A stretch of 64,000 nt of DNA from Macrostomum lignano (GCA_002269645.1 NIVC01001754.1:54081-118080), one strand, 5' to 3'; positions 37,315-49,503 are shown, counted from the stretch's first letter. Numbers and translations are program-made. The notes: generated from the sequence alone by a model not told the origin.

Positions 37315-40300
37315 TCAGGGGGACCCGTCGGTCTCGCCTGCAGCGCGGTCCTCCTCACCGACGGTGGGGAAGAAATCAGCTCGTCCGGTGTCCCTGAGGT
37401 ACCGGGCGAGCAGTGGGATGCTCTCGGGCCTGCAAACGTCGGAGAGAACCGGGTTTGGCCCGAGGTGAGTAAGCCTGGCCCTGGTGAAAACCGGGCAGTG
37501 GCAGATAAAATGCTCGGCGTTTTCACTGCCTGAGCGGCAGAAGGGGCACCGCTCCTCGGGTACTTGGCCCTGAAGGAAGCGGTGGCGAGAGAAGCAGCCA
37601 TGCCCGGAGAGGGCCATGCTAACTGCTCTGAGGTCTCTGCGGTTGAGCCTGAGCAGGGCTCTACGCAGGAGAGGAGAGGGACAGGGGACGGCAGCACGGG
37701 ATTGCCTACAATTCCGGGTGTCGTGCCACCTGCGGAGATGCTCGGAGTCAGCCCAGCGCTTAACGCGGGAATTGATCACCGAGGCGGGGATGGGGGCACC
37801 CGGGCCCGGCCCCAATAGCGCGCCGGCGGAGCCAGCCTTGGCCAGCAGGTCAGCGCGCTCGTTGCCGAGGAAGCCGGCGTGGCCCGGGATCCATCTGAGC
37901 TCCACCTGGTTGCCTAGCGCAAGCCCGTTGAGCTGGGTGTTGCAGTCCAGGACGGACCTGGAGCTGGCGGTGCTGCGGCAGAGGGCCCGAAGGGCTGCTT
38001 GGCTGTCAGAGTGAAAAATAAATTTCCGGCCGCTAAGCTGCCTTCGGCGCAGCTCTGCCGCGCAGGAGCTGATGGCAAGCACCTCGCTCTGAAAAACACT
38101 GGAGTTGAGCCCAGTGTGCTGGGAGTAGCTCCACACCACTTCTCCCTTGAAGAAGACGCAAGCTCCGAAGCCTGAAAGACCATGCCTCATAGAGCCGTCA
38201 GTGTAACAGTGGACTTCAGAGTCGCTCCAGCTGTCACTCGCCTCGTGTCGAGGCTGAATGGTGACCTTATACCTTTGGCTCAGGAGAAGGGTGGCTGGGA
38301 TCGAGTCCGTGAGGATGTTGAGCCCGCCACACTCCTCCAGAGCCTTGAGGCAGAGGTCAGAGTGCGGGATAAGCGACCGCTTCTTAAAGGCCCGCACTTT
38401 CTTGAAGGCCACCCCAGCATCCAGAAGACGCCGGGTGCTCTTCGCCGCCTCTCCTTTGATATAAATATCCAAAGGAGGGGCGCAGAGGAAGGCATTCATG
38501 CCTTCAAAAGGAGTAGAGGGTGGAGCGCCCATAGTCATGCGGCAGGCTCTGCCCTGGATTTTGTAGAGAGCGTCGAGGTTGCTCTTGACGCTCAGGCCGC
38601 TAGCCCACACGAGGCTGGCGTAACTGATCGAGGGGCGGATGATGGCAGTGTAAATCCACCACAGCTTCCTGGGGGTGAGCCCCCAGGTGGTGCCCACGGC
38701 GCGCCTGATCTGAGCCAGTACAGCCAGGGCTTTTTTGGCTTTAGTTTGAATGTGCGGAGTCCAGTTAAGCCTGTGGTCCAGAGTGAGGCCCAGGCAGCGG
38801 ACCTGCTTCTCCATGGAAATATTCTTTCCATAGAGGGTGAGGGGCTTAATGGTCCAGAGCAGTTTGTTGGTAAACATGACTGCTGTGGTTTTCGACTCTG
38901 AGAGTCTAAGGCCACATTGGTCTGCCCAACGCTCCGCTCGTCCCAGAAAGCCCTGCAGAAGGTCTCTGATGGTATCAACCGAGGGGCCCGCGCATATCGC
39001 GGTCACATCATCGGCATAGCCCACCTTGAGAATGGGGTCGTGGAGATCACTGCAAAGCAACTCATCCATGACCATGTTCCAGAGAACGGGGGTGAGAACG
39101 CCGCCCTGGGGGCCCCCTTTCAGGACAGGCACCGAAAGAGAGCTGCCGCTCAGGTGGGCCACAACAGTGCGGTTTCGGATCATGAACATGATCCACCGGA
39201 CAAGGTGAGGGTGCGTGGCCCTGGATTCCAGGGCTCTGCAAAAGGCCTCAAGATGACGTTGTCGAAGGCCCCCTCAATGTCCAGGAAAAGCGAGAGGGCA
39301 AAGCCGCTGCCAAGAACGGCCCTCTCCAGGAAGTCAACAATGACATGGAGAGCACTCTCGGTTGACCTGCCCGCGCGGAAGGCGTGCTGGTTCTGCGAGA
39401 GTGGGAAGCGCTTCAGCTCGACCGAAAGTAGGCGCCAAAGCACCAGTCTCTCGAGGAGCTTGAGGCAGAAAGAAGTGAGGCTGATAGGCCTGAAGGCCTT
39501 CACCGATTGGTAGTCGCTCTTTCCAGGCTTGGGATAAAGACCACCCGGGCCTCTCTCCATGCAACTGGTACATAGCCCAGCTCCATACAAGCTCGAAGGA
39601 GACGACAGAGCAGGTCCAGGAAGCGGTGGTTTTTCACCGCCTCGTGCAAGAACGCTGGGTAGATGCCGTCGGGCCCAGGCGCCTTGAACGGGTTAAAGGA
39701 CCTTGCCGCTCTAATAATGCGGTCTTTGGTGATCATAGACTTTGCTAGGCCTTGCCCTCCCACTGTGTGGTCGGGCGGGCCCTGCTGAGTCGGAGATTTA
39801 GGGAAAAAACTGTTGAGCATGAGCTCTAGAGTCTCTTCCGAACTCTCTGTGACCGAGCCGTCAGGTCTCTTCACAACAGAGAGTTTAGAAAAACGGTCAT
39901 TAGTGAGTGCCTTAACCACGCGGGCTACGGGGCGAGAGCCCTCAAGCCCTTCGCAATATTGGCGCCACTTGGCCGTCTTGGCCCTTCTGACTTGGCCCTT
40001 AAACTCGTGGATCGCACGGGTATAGGCCTCTCTGTCAGATGGGTCTTTGGTTTTGAGCGCTCGCCTTTGGAGGGTCCTGGCTCGGCGCCGAAGGGCCCCG
40101 AGCTCTGGGTTCCACCAGGGAGCAGATTTCTTGCCTTTATAGGCCGTTAGGGGGCAGGCTGCTTCAAAGGCAGTGGTGATCGCCCCGCCCAGGGAGGAGG
40201 CGAGATCGTCCACCACCTGGCAGTCAGAGAGGTCACTGGGGGGTCAAGATCCCGAAGGCCGCGGCTCAGCTTCGAGCCAAAGGCGGCCCAATCGGTGTTT

Positions 40301-41016
40301 CTGACGTTCCGACTCCAAGTGACCTTAGGCTTTTGCTTGGTCGGCCCAATGCAAAAGCGGATAAAGCGGTGGTCCGAGAGCGAGTCCTCGTCCCACACTC
40401 GCCAGCCCGTAACTGCGGAAAGCAGTCCGGGTGAGGCGATGGTGGTGTCGATGACTTCGGCCCACCGCCCATTATTGAACGTTGGTGCATTGCCCACGTT
40501 ACAGAAGTTGAGGTTAGTGCTGCTGACATAGGCCAGCAGCTCCTCGCCTCTGCTATTGATGTTCTTGCTGCCCCAATGCAGGTGGTGTGCGTTCACATCC
40601 CCTGCAATGAGCAGCTCGAACCGATGGGACGCAGCATAGTCAGTAAGGTTGACTAACGCGTCGCAGACAACTGGGGCATCGCCCGGGAAATAGGCAGAAG
40701 CTACCAGCACAGGTTTATTGGGAATGAGGTTATTGATTTGAACAACACAGATGTCCCCAGTCGAGAGATCAGGTCTCATCCATGCCTCAAAAGCTTTTGC
40801 AGCAAAGACCAGAGATCTTGGGCGAGGCTGAGAGCCCGCCATGCAAAAACAGTGGTAGCCAGATGGCACATTATTTGGCTTACCTTTAGTCATCCAGGGC
40901 TCCTGTACGAAGACCAGGCCCGGAAGCTGTTGCTCTGCCGTGCGCATCAGGTTGACCGACGCCGCCACGCAGTGCTGGGTGTTGATCTGCAGACACCAGG
41001 TAGTCGTTGGCATCAT
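37315..41016 (-). CDS. LINE ORF2 (APE endonuclease, reverse transcriptase, RNase H, zinc knuckle), split by three -1 frameshifts
   Basis: APE motifs LQINTQH, GDVNAHH, LSDH; RT motifs FRPISL, DIEGAFD, PQGG, YADD; RNase H motifs YTDGS, SDSQAA, WIPGH, GNERAD; CPFC...H...C. Confidence 0.93.
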
Positions 41017-42533
41017 TGCAGATCGGATGTTGCAGCCGCCAGGAGTTCCTCCTCCTCCTCGGCGCTCACCGGCTTCGGGTCGGGGTCGCCGGTGTCCATG
41101 GGCTCTTCTTCAGCAAAAGGCCCCCGATTGGCCGGAAGGCAGTAGGCAGCGTTCGCCGCCCTTTGCCCACCATCCATGGGGTCCTCCGCCTCAGATTGGC
41201 CCAATGCCCTGGAGCAGCCAGCCGCCTGGGCAGGCGGGTCCGTCTCCAGTCGGCCCTGCCCCGAGGGGTTGGGCCCAGCTGGGACGTCCCCACCCTCCCT
41301 GGACGAACTGGTGCGCCTAGGCGTCCCGGCGACCTCTCGCCTCAGCTGGGAGATTTTGGCGGTACGGACTGCCTCAGCTGCACGCTGGTACAGGCCGCGC
41401 CGCTTGGTGCTACGCGCCGGGCGTCGGTCGCCTCCGCCCTCAGCAGCGCGCTCAGCTTTGCCCGCGCGGCCGTGCTGCCGGGCAGAACGGTTTGCTTTGG
41501 CAGTCTGAGCAGAGGCTTGCGCCTCGGCCCCGGCCGCCTCCGCATCCCGCCCGCCCTGCTCACTGCCACGGGGAGGGTCGGCCTCGTAGGAGCGGATGCG
41601 CAGCTTCCAAAGGCCGACGTTGATGAAGCTGCCGTGTGGATAACGCCTCATCCAGGCGTCCGACAGCCCCAGGATGGCTGTGAAGCCAGTGCCGTCGGTG
41701 CGCTTAAGGGTGTCATGCACCACTAGGCCCGCGGCGGGAAGCTCCCGGTTGACTGCTAGCAGTCCTTTCCGGAGCTCGTCAGCAGAGGTAACAACGCTCC
41801 TGGCCGGGACCCAGATTCGATGCCTCTTGGTCCGGGGGCGCTCGTCCTCTCTGCAGAAGGCTAGGTTGAGGTCCCAGCTCTGCTCGGGCAGCAGCTCAAG
41901 GAGCCGCCGACCCGAGTCAGCATCACTGGGCCAAATGAGAAGGCACGAGTCCCTCGTCGCATTCGAATGAATGTTCAGAGGCGTGCCCTTCAGAGTTTGC
42001 TTCCACAGGAGGCCATCAACGGCACTTCTCACCTGCTTCAGCTGATCGGGAGACAGGCGCGCGTCCTTTCCCAGGATGACAACCGCCGGTTGCCTCTTTG
42101 CCGCATCAGCGTAGGAGGCCCGGGGGTCAGTGGAGCTTTCTTCAGGTGGGCTGTCCACCCTCCCGGCTGCATCGGCCTCCCTATCCTGGGCAGGGGCTTC
42201 CGTGGGCTCGAGGCCCTCTTCCGCCACCGCCCCAGACTGGGAAGCTTCCGCTGCCGCGGGCCGTTGGCCCCTGGCACCGGTTTGGCTTCCGCCCTCCTTG
42301 GCCCGCCTCGCCTTGTTAAGTCGACGGCGGGCAGCTCCAGAGGTGGTGCTGCGTTTCTTAGCAGCTGGAGTAGCAGGTGTCTTCTCGGAGGCACCGCTCA
42401 GAGTTGGCTCCACGGGTCTCGCCGAGGCGTCCCCGATGGTAGCAGGTGGTATGGCCGAGGAGTCCACGGCCCCAGCCGAGGCCGGAGGCACTGTGTCATC
42501 CACAGCCGGTTTGTTACTTCGGTTAGAAGCCAT
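41013..42533 (-). CDS. LINE ORF1 (gag-like, no CCHC; central domain reminiscent of Loa-clade ORF1/DUF4780)
   Basis: Uninterrupted ORF of 506 aa from ATG 42533 (568 aa from 42719); basic/disordered termini; stop overlaps the ORF2 start. Confidence 0.88.
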   Translation of the reverse strand: MASNRSNKPAVDDTVPPASAGAVDSSAIPPATIGDASARPVEPTLSGASEKTPATPAAKKRSTTSGAARRRLNKARRAKEGGSQTGARGQRPAAAEASQSGAVAEEGLEPTEAPAQDREADAAGRVDSPPEESSTDPRASYADAAKRQPAVVILGKDARLSPDQLKQVRSAVDGLLWKQTLKGTPLNIHSNATRDSCLLIWPSDADSGRRLLELLPEQSWDLNLAFCREDERPRTKRHRIWVPARSVVTSADELRKGLLAVNRELPAAGLVVHDTLKRTDGTGFTAILGLSDAWMRRYPHGSFINVGLWKLRIRSYEADPPRGSEQGGRDAEAAGAEAQASAQTAKANRSARQHGRAGKAERAAEGGGDRRPARSTKRRGLYQRAAEAVRTAKISQLRREVAGTPRRTSSSREGGDVPAGPNPSGQGRLETDPPAQAAGCSRALGQSEAEDPMDGGQRAANAAYCLPANRGPFAEEEPMDTGDPDPKPVSAEEEEELLAAATSDLQ

Positions 42534-42761
42534 TGGCTGGAAGTAAAAAGGTGGGACTTCCTGCAGAACACAGGCAAAGAGCCGCAAGGCCGCAACCCCA
42601 AACCAAGCGGCAGGCCCCCAAAAAGCAAAATACCACCACCCAAAAGCGCAAGGGGAACCGTTAGCGACCAGACTACTCCCTGGCCAAGCGTCCATCAGCA
42701 CGGAGTTACACTGGGACATTAGAGGGTGCGTTTATATGGTCACACCAGGACCCGGCGCCAA

Positions 42762-42897
42762 CGAATTAGCTCGGCAAGGCCCGAGAGCCTGCCTTAACAC
42801 CCACGGGACGAGTACCCTTCGAAGTGCGCCTTGCAAGGTGAAAATCAGGAGACAGAGTCTCTTGAGCTATCAGCCGCCAGGGGAGGCAGGTGTGAGC
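42762..42897 (-). ncRNA. Putative HDV-like self-cleaving ribozyme in the LINE 5' UTR
   Basis: Manual fold: P2 CGAA/UUCG, P3 GGG/CCC, L3 UACUCGU, P1' GUGGGU, P1.1 GU pairing with AC, P4 hairpin, J4/2 GCUAA. Confidence 0.7.
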
Positions 42898-42997
42898 ATC
42901 GCTGGCTGGGATAAAGGCCATACCAGTCTCATACTGCACAGATAGTTCACCACGCCATTACGTGCAGGACCCGGGGTCCTGGGGGCAACAGCCCCGG

Positions 42998-43010
42998 CTC
43001 ACTCACCCAC
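42998..43010. repeat. Target-site duplication, right copy; includes the native exon-1 donor
   Basis: Minus strand reads GTGG|GTGAGTGAG. Confidence 0.92.
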
Positions 43011-43330
43011 ACTCGCTGAGCTCCCTTGTCCGCATTGCGGCACTTCCTGCAGTGGCTCAGGCCCAGGCGGCACCGGAAGCGGGTGCACCAGCCGGAACTG
43101 ACGTTGAACGCCACCAGCTGCACAGCGGAGTCGCCGACCGCGGCAGCCAGGCAGTCAACCTCAGTCGCTGCTGGCTGCGAGCTCACAGCCTCATAGTCGG
43201 CGATGCTCTCACGGCTCGACCACCAGTTTCGCTCTGATGAAGCGGCTTCGCAGTGGAGATGCTGAGCTGCAGTCAGTAGCAGCAGCAGCATCAGCAGCTG
43301 TAGTTGATGCCAAGCAACTTTAGGCGTCAT
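43007..43330 (-). CDS. FReD gene copy 1, exon 1 (signal peptide + PAN/apple-like Cys domain)
   Basis: [29 protein letters not shown] (hydrophobic leader), then ATEVDCL...[10 protein letters not shown]; TGG|GTGAGT donor, 324 nt, phase 0. Confidence 0.88.
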
Positions 43331-44414
43331 TTCTTTCGGTTGTTTTATCACGGATTTTGTGCGTCTAATCGAGACTTGAAGCTTTCAGCAGACAGAATTG
43401 AAACTGGAGCCAGCAGCTTCAGAAACCTGCTCTCTCTTACAAGCCAAAAATGCGGTACCCAGAACTAATGGATGACAAGAGGCAGGGGCACAAACGAAGT
43501 TGAGGAAGGCTTGAGACACTCAAGTTGTAACTTGTTTGCAGCAGCAGAATGGTTGCTACATCTAACGCTTGGAATGGGAGAATGGGTAAGATGGGGAAAT
43601 CCTAATGAGCTGAAAAGAGATGCATTTAGAATAGAAAGAATTGGCAAACCTTGGCAAGAATGGTAATGCATTTTTCATACTAACAAGCTGCTGGAACCCA
43701 TTCTGGAGACAAGGTCGGCGGTTGCCTCTGGAAACTCAGGAATCCGCCACTAACCAAATGCGCTAGCCTGTAAAAAGTGCAAATGCAAAGACTTCCCAGT
43801 ACAGGCATATTATTGCAAAGGTAAGCAAAAGTAAAGCAATTCCTTGTTTCTTTCTCACGTTTTCCACTGCCTTATGCAGAGTTAAATTGACAGAAAATGC
43901 AGTAATTTGAAATGTGTTTTATCAAATTAGATTTTCAGATACTTGACTGAAAAATACGCTAATGAAACTTTTATTTCTACTTAGTGAGTAGACAATTAGA
44001 AATACTTGTTGAAAAAAATTAGCTAGTAGGTAAGGAAGGAGGGTAAGGAGGAGAGTAAGGGTGGAGGGTATGAGAAAGAGTACTATCTTTCGCGAAAAAA
44101 TGCATTTTTCGGACGTTTGAGCTCATTAAACAAAGGAGCTCAGCAGACAAAGCGACCAGTGTTTTTTTGAATTATCGGGAATAAATACGAATATGAATTC
44201 GATTACCAAGAATTAAAATCTGACATAAGTCTGATCATGCATTATTTGTAATTTGTAAGTTATCATATTGCGGACATTGCTAAATTAAAGAGCGATTCTA
44301 TGTCACTGCCCAATATTTCAGAAGATGAATAATAAAGCACAAAATATCTGCAATGTGCTTTGTTGAAGTCCCTGTCCCAATTATTCTGATTCGTGGCTCA
44401 ATGATCAATAACAC

Positions 44415-46970
44415 TATGACCCAATGACTCCATGACCAATGACTCCATGACCCAATGACTCCATGACCCAATGACTCCATGACTCAATGACTCCATGACC
44501 CAATGACTCCATGACCCAATGACTCTATGACTCAATGACTCCATGACCCAATGACTCCATGACCCAATGACTCTATGACCCAATGACTCCATGACCCAAT
44601 GACTCCATGACCAATGACTGCATGACAAAATGACTCCATGACCCAATGACTGAATGACCCAATGACTCCATGACCCAATGACTCCATGACTCAATGACTC
44701 CATGACCCAATGACTCCATGACCCAATGACTCTATGACTCAATGACTCCATGACCCAATGACTCCATGACCCAATGACTCTATGACCCAATGACTCCATG
44801 ACCCAATGACTCCATGACCAATGACTGCATGACAAAATGACTCCATGACCCAATGACTGAATGACCCAATGACTCCATGACTTAATGACTCCAGGACTTA
44901 ATGACTAAATGGCCCAATGACTCTATGACCCAATGACTCTATGACCCAATGACTGCATGACCCAATGACTCCATGACACAATGACTCCATGACTCAATGA
45001 CTGCATGACTCAATGACTCCATGACCCAATGACTGCATGACTCAATGTCTCCATGACCCAATGACTCCATGACCCAATGACTCCATGACCCAATGACTCC
45101 ATGACCCAATGACTCCATGACCCAATGACTCCATGACCCAATGACTCCATGAGCCAATGACTCCATGAGCCAATGACTCTATGAGCCAATGACTCCATGA
45201 CCCAATGACTCCATGAACCAATGACTCCATGACCCAATGACTCTATGAGCCAATGACTCCATGAGCCAATGACTCCATGAGCCAATGACTCTATGAGCCA
45301 ATGACTCCATGACCCAATGACTGAATGACTGAATGACTCTATGACCCAATGACTCCATGACCCAATGACTCCATGACCCAATGACTCCATGACCCAATGA
45401 CTCCATGACCCAATGACTCCATGACCCAATGACTGAATGACCCAATGACTCCATGACCCAATGACTCCATGACCCAATGACTCCATGACCCAATGACTCC
45501 ATGACCCAATGACTCCATGACCCAATGACTCCATGACCCAATGACTCCATGACCCAATGACTCCATGACCCAATGACTCCATGACCCAATGACTCCATGA
45601 CCCAATGACTGAATGACCCTATGACTCCATGACCCAATGACTCCATGACCCAATGACTCCATGACCCAATGACTCCATGACCCAATGACTCCATGACCCA
45701 ATGACTCCATGACCCAATGACTCCATGACCCAATGACTCCATGACCCAATGACTCCATGACCCAATGACTCCATGACCCAATGACTCCATGACCCAATGA
45801 CTCCATGACCCAATGACTCCATGACCCAATGACTCCATGACCCAATGACTCCATGACCCAATGACTGAATGAGCAAATGACTCCATGACCCAATGACTCC
45901 ATGACCCAATGACTCCATGACCCAATGACTCCATGACCCAATGACTCCATGACCCAATGACTCCATGACCCAATGACTCCATGACCCAATGACTCCATGA
46001 CCCAATGACTCCATGACCCAATGACTCCATGACCCAATGACTCCATGACCCAATGACTCCATGACCCAATGACTCCATGACCCAATGACTCCATGACCCA
46101 ATGACTCCATGACCCAATGACTCCATGACCCAATGACTCCATGACCCAATGACTGAATGAGCAATGACTCCATGACCCAATGACTCCATGACCCAATGAC
46201 TCCATGACCCAATGACTCCATGACCCAATGACTCCATGACCCAATGACTCCATGACCCAATGACTCCATGACCCAATGACTGAATGACCCAATGACTCCA
46301 TGACCCAATGACTCCATGACCCAATGACTCCATGACCCAATGACTCCATGACCCAATGACTCCATGACCCAATGACTCCATGACCCAATGACTCCATGAC
46401 CCAATGACTCCATGACCAATGACTCCATGACCCAATGACTCCATGACCCAATGACTCCATGACCCAATGACTCCATGACCCAATGACTCCATGACCCAAT
46501 GACTCCATGACCCAATGACTCCATGACCCAATGACTCCATGACCCAATGACTCCATGACCCAATGACTCCATGACCCAATGACTCCATGACCCAATGACT
46601 CCATGACCCAATGACTCCATGACCCAATGACTCCATGACCCAATGACTCCATGACCCAATGACTCCATGACCCAATGACTCCATGACCCAATGACTCCAT
46701 GACCCAATGACTCCATGACCCAATGACTCCATGACCTAATGACTCCATGACCCAATGACTCCATGACCCAATGACTCCATGACCCAATGACTCCATGACC
46801 CAATGACTCCATGACCCAATGACTCCATGACCCAATGACTCCATGACTCAATGACTCCATGACCCAATGACTCCATGACCCAATGACTCCATGAGCCAAC
46901 GACTCCATGAGCTAATGACTCCATGAGCCAATGACTCCATGACCCAATAACTCCATGAATGACCCCATGA
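44415..46970. repeat. 16-bp CCATGACCCAATGACT satellite (2.5 kb)
   Basis: About 160 units, between FReD copies 1 and 2. Confidence 0.98.
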
Positions 46971-47529
46971 CCCAATTGTGGTGTCTCGTATAGACTAACA
47001 CCGAAAAGCCGCGAGTAATCAGGCCCCGTAAAAATTCGTTCAAAAGTACGCTCCACTTAGGAGGTCGACCCGCGCTTATATTTCGCATCCAAGCAAGAAC
47101 TATTGGATTAAGCCAGGAAAATAGTAGTAGTTGGATTATATTGTAATAAGAGTGAAAATATTTGGATGCAAACTGAAAAAGGACAATTTAAAGGGGCAAA
47201 GTAGGGATAAGCTCGCATTATAGTGAGCACAGAAAGCCGAGTACTAATAGGATGCACTTATAAATATTTAAGGTATGTTTTAAATACGAAAGCTAATATA
47301 TATGTCTGACACTTCCACTGAATTAGGGTAAATAAAAATGTATGGTATAATCACGTATTCATATATTAATTGAAGTTTATTATTGTTCAAGAAAAAATTC
47401 GTCTTGAATCTTGACAAGCTAGGATTAAACACGGACATTGTATTCTCGGTGTTCACGGTCGCCTGATTGATCACTCTGTGCCAAGTGGCACCACTGTGAA
47501 TGTTGACTGTTATGAAATATTCATTCAAT

Positions 47530-48400
47530 TGAAGGATCTGAGAGGGAAGTCAACTGAAGGATCTGAGAGGGGGTCAACTGAAGGATCTGAGAGGGGGTCA
47601 ACTGAAGGATCTGAGAGGGGGTCAACTGAAGGATGTGAGAGGGGGTCAACTGAAGGATGTGATAGGGGGTCAACTAAAGGATGTGAGAGGGGGTCAGCTG
47701 AAGGATGTGAGAGGGGGTCAACTGAAGGATCTGAGAAGGGGTCAACTAAAGGATCTGAGAGGGGGTCAACTGAAGGACCTGAGAGGGGGTCAACTAAAGG
47801 ATCTGAGAGGGGGTCAACTGAAGGACCTGAGAGGGGGTCAACGGAAGGATCTGAGAGGGGGTCAACTGAAAATGATCTGAGAGGGGGTCAACTGAAAATG
47901 ATCTGAGAGGGGGTCAACTGAGGGATCTGAGGGGGAGTCAACTGAGGGATCTGAGAGGAGTCAACTGAGGGATCTGAGGGGGAGTCAACCGAGGGATTTG
48001 AGGGGGAGTCAACTGAGGGATCTGAGTGGGAGTCAACTGAGGGATCTGAGGGGAGTCAAGTGAGGGATCTGAGGGGGAGTCAAGTGAGGGATCTGAGGGG
48101 GAGTCAACTAAGGGATCTGAGGAGAAGTCAACTGAGGGATCTGAGGGGGAGTCAACTGAGGAATCTGAGGGGGAGTCAACTGAGGGATCTGAGGGGGAGT
48201 CAACTAAGGGATCTGAGGAGGAGTCAACTGAGGGATCTGAGGGGGAGTCAACTGAGGGATCTGAGGGGGAGTCAACTGAGGGATCTGAGGGGGAGTCAAC
48301 TGAGGGATCTGAGGGGGAGTCAACTGAGGGATCTGAGGGGGAGTCAACTGAGGGATCTGAGGGGAGTCAACTGAGGGATCTGAGGGGGAGTCAACTGATC
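47530..48400. repeat. 24-bp minisatellite (GGATCTGAGAGGGGGTCAACTGAA grading to GGGATCTGAGGGGGAGTCAACTGA)
   Basis: About 36 units directly 3' of the copy 2 stop codon. Confidence 0.96.
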
Positions 48401-48427
48401 TAGAGTCAACTGCTATTCGATATAAAT

Positions 48428-48855
48428 CTACAGAACCAGCATCTCAACCTCCTTCAGCGAGTAATGAAATCCATAGTTGTATCTCCAGATGATGCCAATG
48501 GCAAAGGGACCTCCGATGGCTTCCGAGTAATTTTTGTACGGTCCATTCAGGTGCGATTCAAAGCAGCTTTTGTACCACCAGGCTCCGATAAATCTTTTAG
48601 CGCAGTTGCTTCCAGCTCTCGCATCGTGATCAGCGTCGAATGTCGTGAACTGTTGGTTGTTGCTGTAGCCATCCAGGGAGTCGCCAATCCCGTCGCTGGC
48701 TGAGAAACCCGACACAGTCAGCCGGTAATTGTCGGACTCCGAACCGACGCTGAAGCTCGAGTACTCAGCCCAATCTTGGCTGTCATCCCACTGCCTCATC
48801 AGAATCAGCAGCTTCCGTGAGCGGCTTTGAGTGAGCGCGTGAAGAGTATTCAGAC
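48428..48855 (-). CDS. FReD gene copy 2, exon 3
   Basis: FReD motifs as in copy 1; CCCGTAG|GT acceptor; 428 nt. Confidence 0.94.
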
Positions 48856-49049
48856 CTACGGGCAGAGAGGCAATGTTCAGTGTCATAATTTTCGACGATG
48901 TAACAAAATTTCGAGTTTCTAAAATGAACTTTGGAATTTTATGAAGCTTTAATCAACAGATCATAAATATTCATAAGATCTTAATCCTTTCTATGTCGGC
49001 CAAAATATCTTTGAATATTCACGAATGCATCAATTTACAAGCTAATTAC

Positions 49050-49173
49050 CAATCCAGTAGTTGCCATCCGGTCCATCGCCAAAGCCGGTCTGGTATTGCG
49101 ACCAGTTGCGATAGAAGTCCACCGAATCCGACACTCTGCGCTGCACTGTGGTCCAGCATTTCGTGCTGGTTGT
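49050..49173 (-). CDS. FReD gene copy 2, exon 2
   Basis: [42 protein letters not shown]; TTTTCAG| acceptor, G|GTAATT donor. Confidence 0.93.
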
Positions 49174-49291
49174 CTGAAAAACCACAATCGCTGCTTTAAT
49201 TGTACATTAATTCTAACCTTATTCTTGAATAATAACAACCCCGCTGTGACTCTTCCGAAAGTTTTTAAAAGTTTAAAGCCGACAGAAGGAC

Positions 49292-49326
<35 letters not shown>

Positions 49327-49329
49327 CTA

Positions 49330-49402
<73 letters not shown>

Positions 49403-49406
49403 CTAT

Positions 49407-49500
<94 letters not shown>

Positions 49501-49503
49501 AAG

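Larger units (their letters stand above)
37200..42997 (-). mobile_element. Full-length non-LTR retrotransposon, Loa/R1-type (ORF1; ORF2 APE-RT-RNase H-CCHC)
   Basis: 13-bp TSD, 5' UTR, two ORFs, about 115-bp 3' UTR and a TAAGTCAAGTAAGTCAA tail. Confidence 0.96.

Noticed and set aside
44398-47056. MESLGHGVIGSWSHWV repeat ORFs
   Set aside because: Translation of the 16-bp satellite
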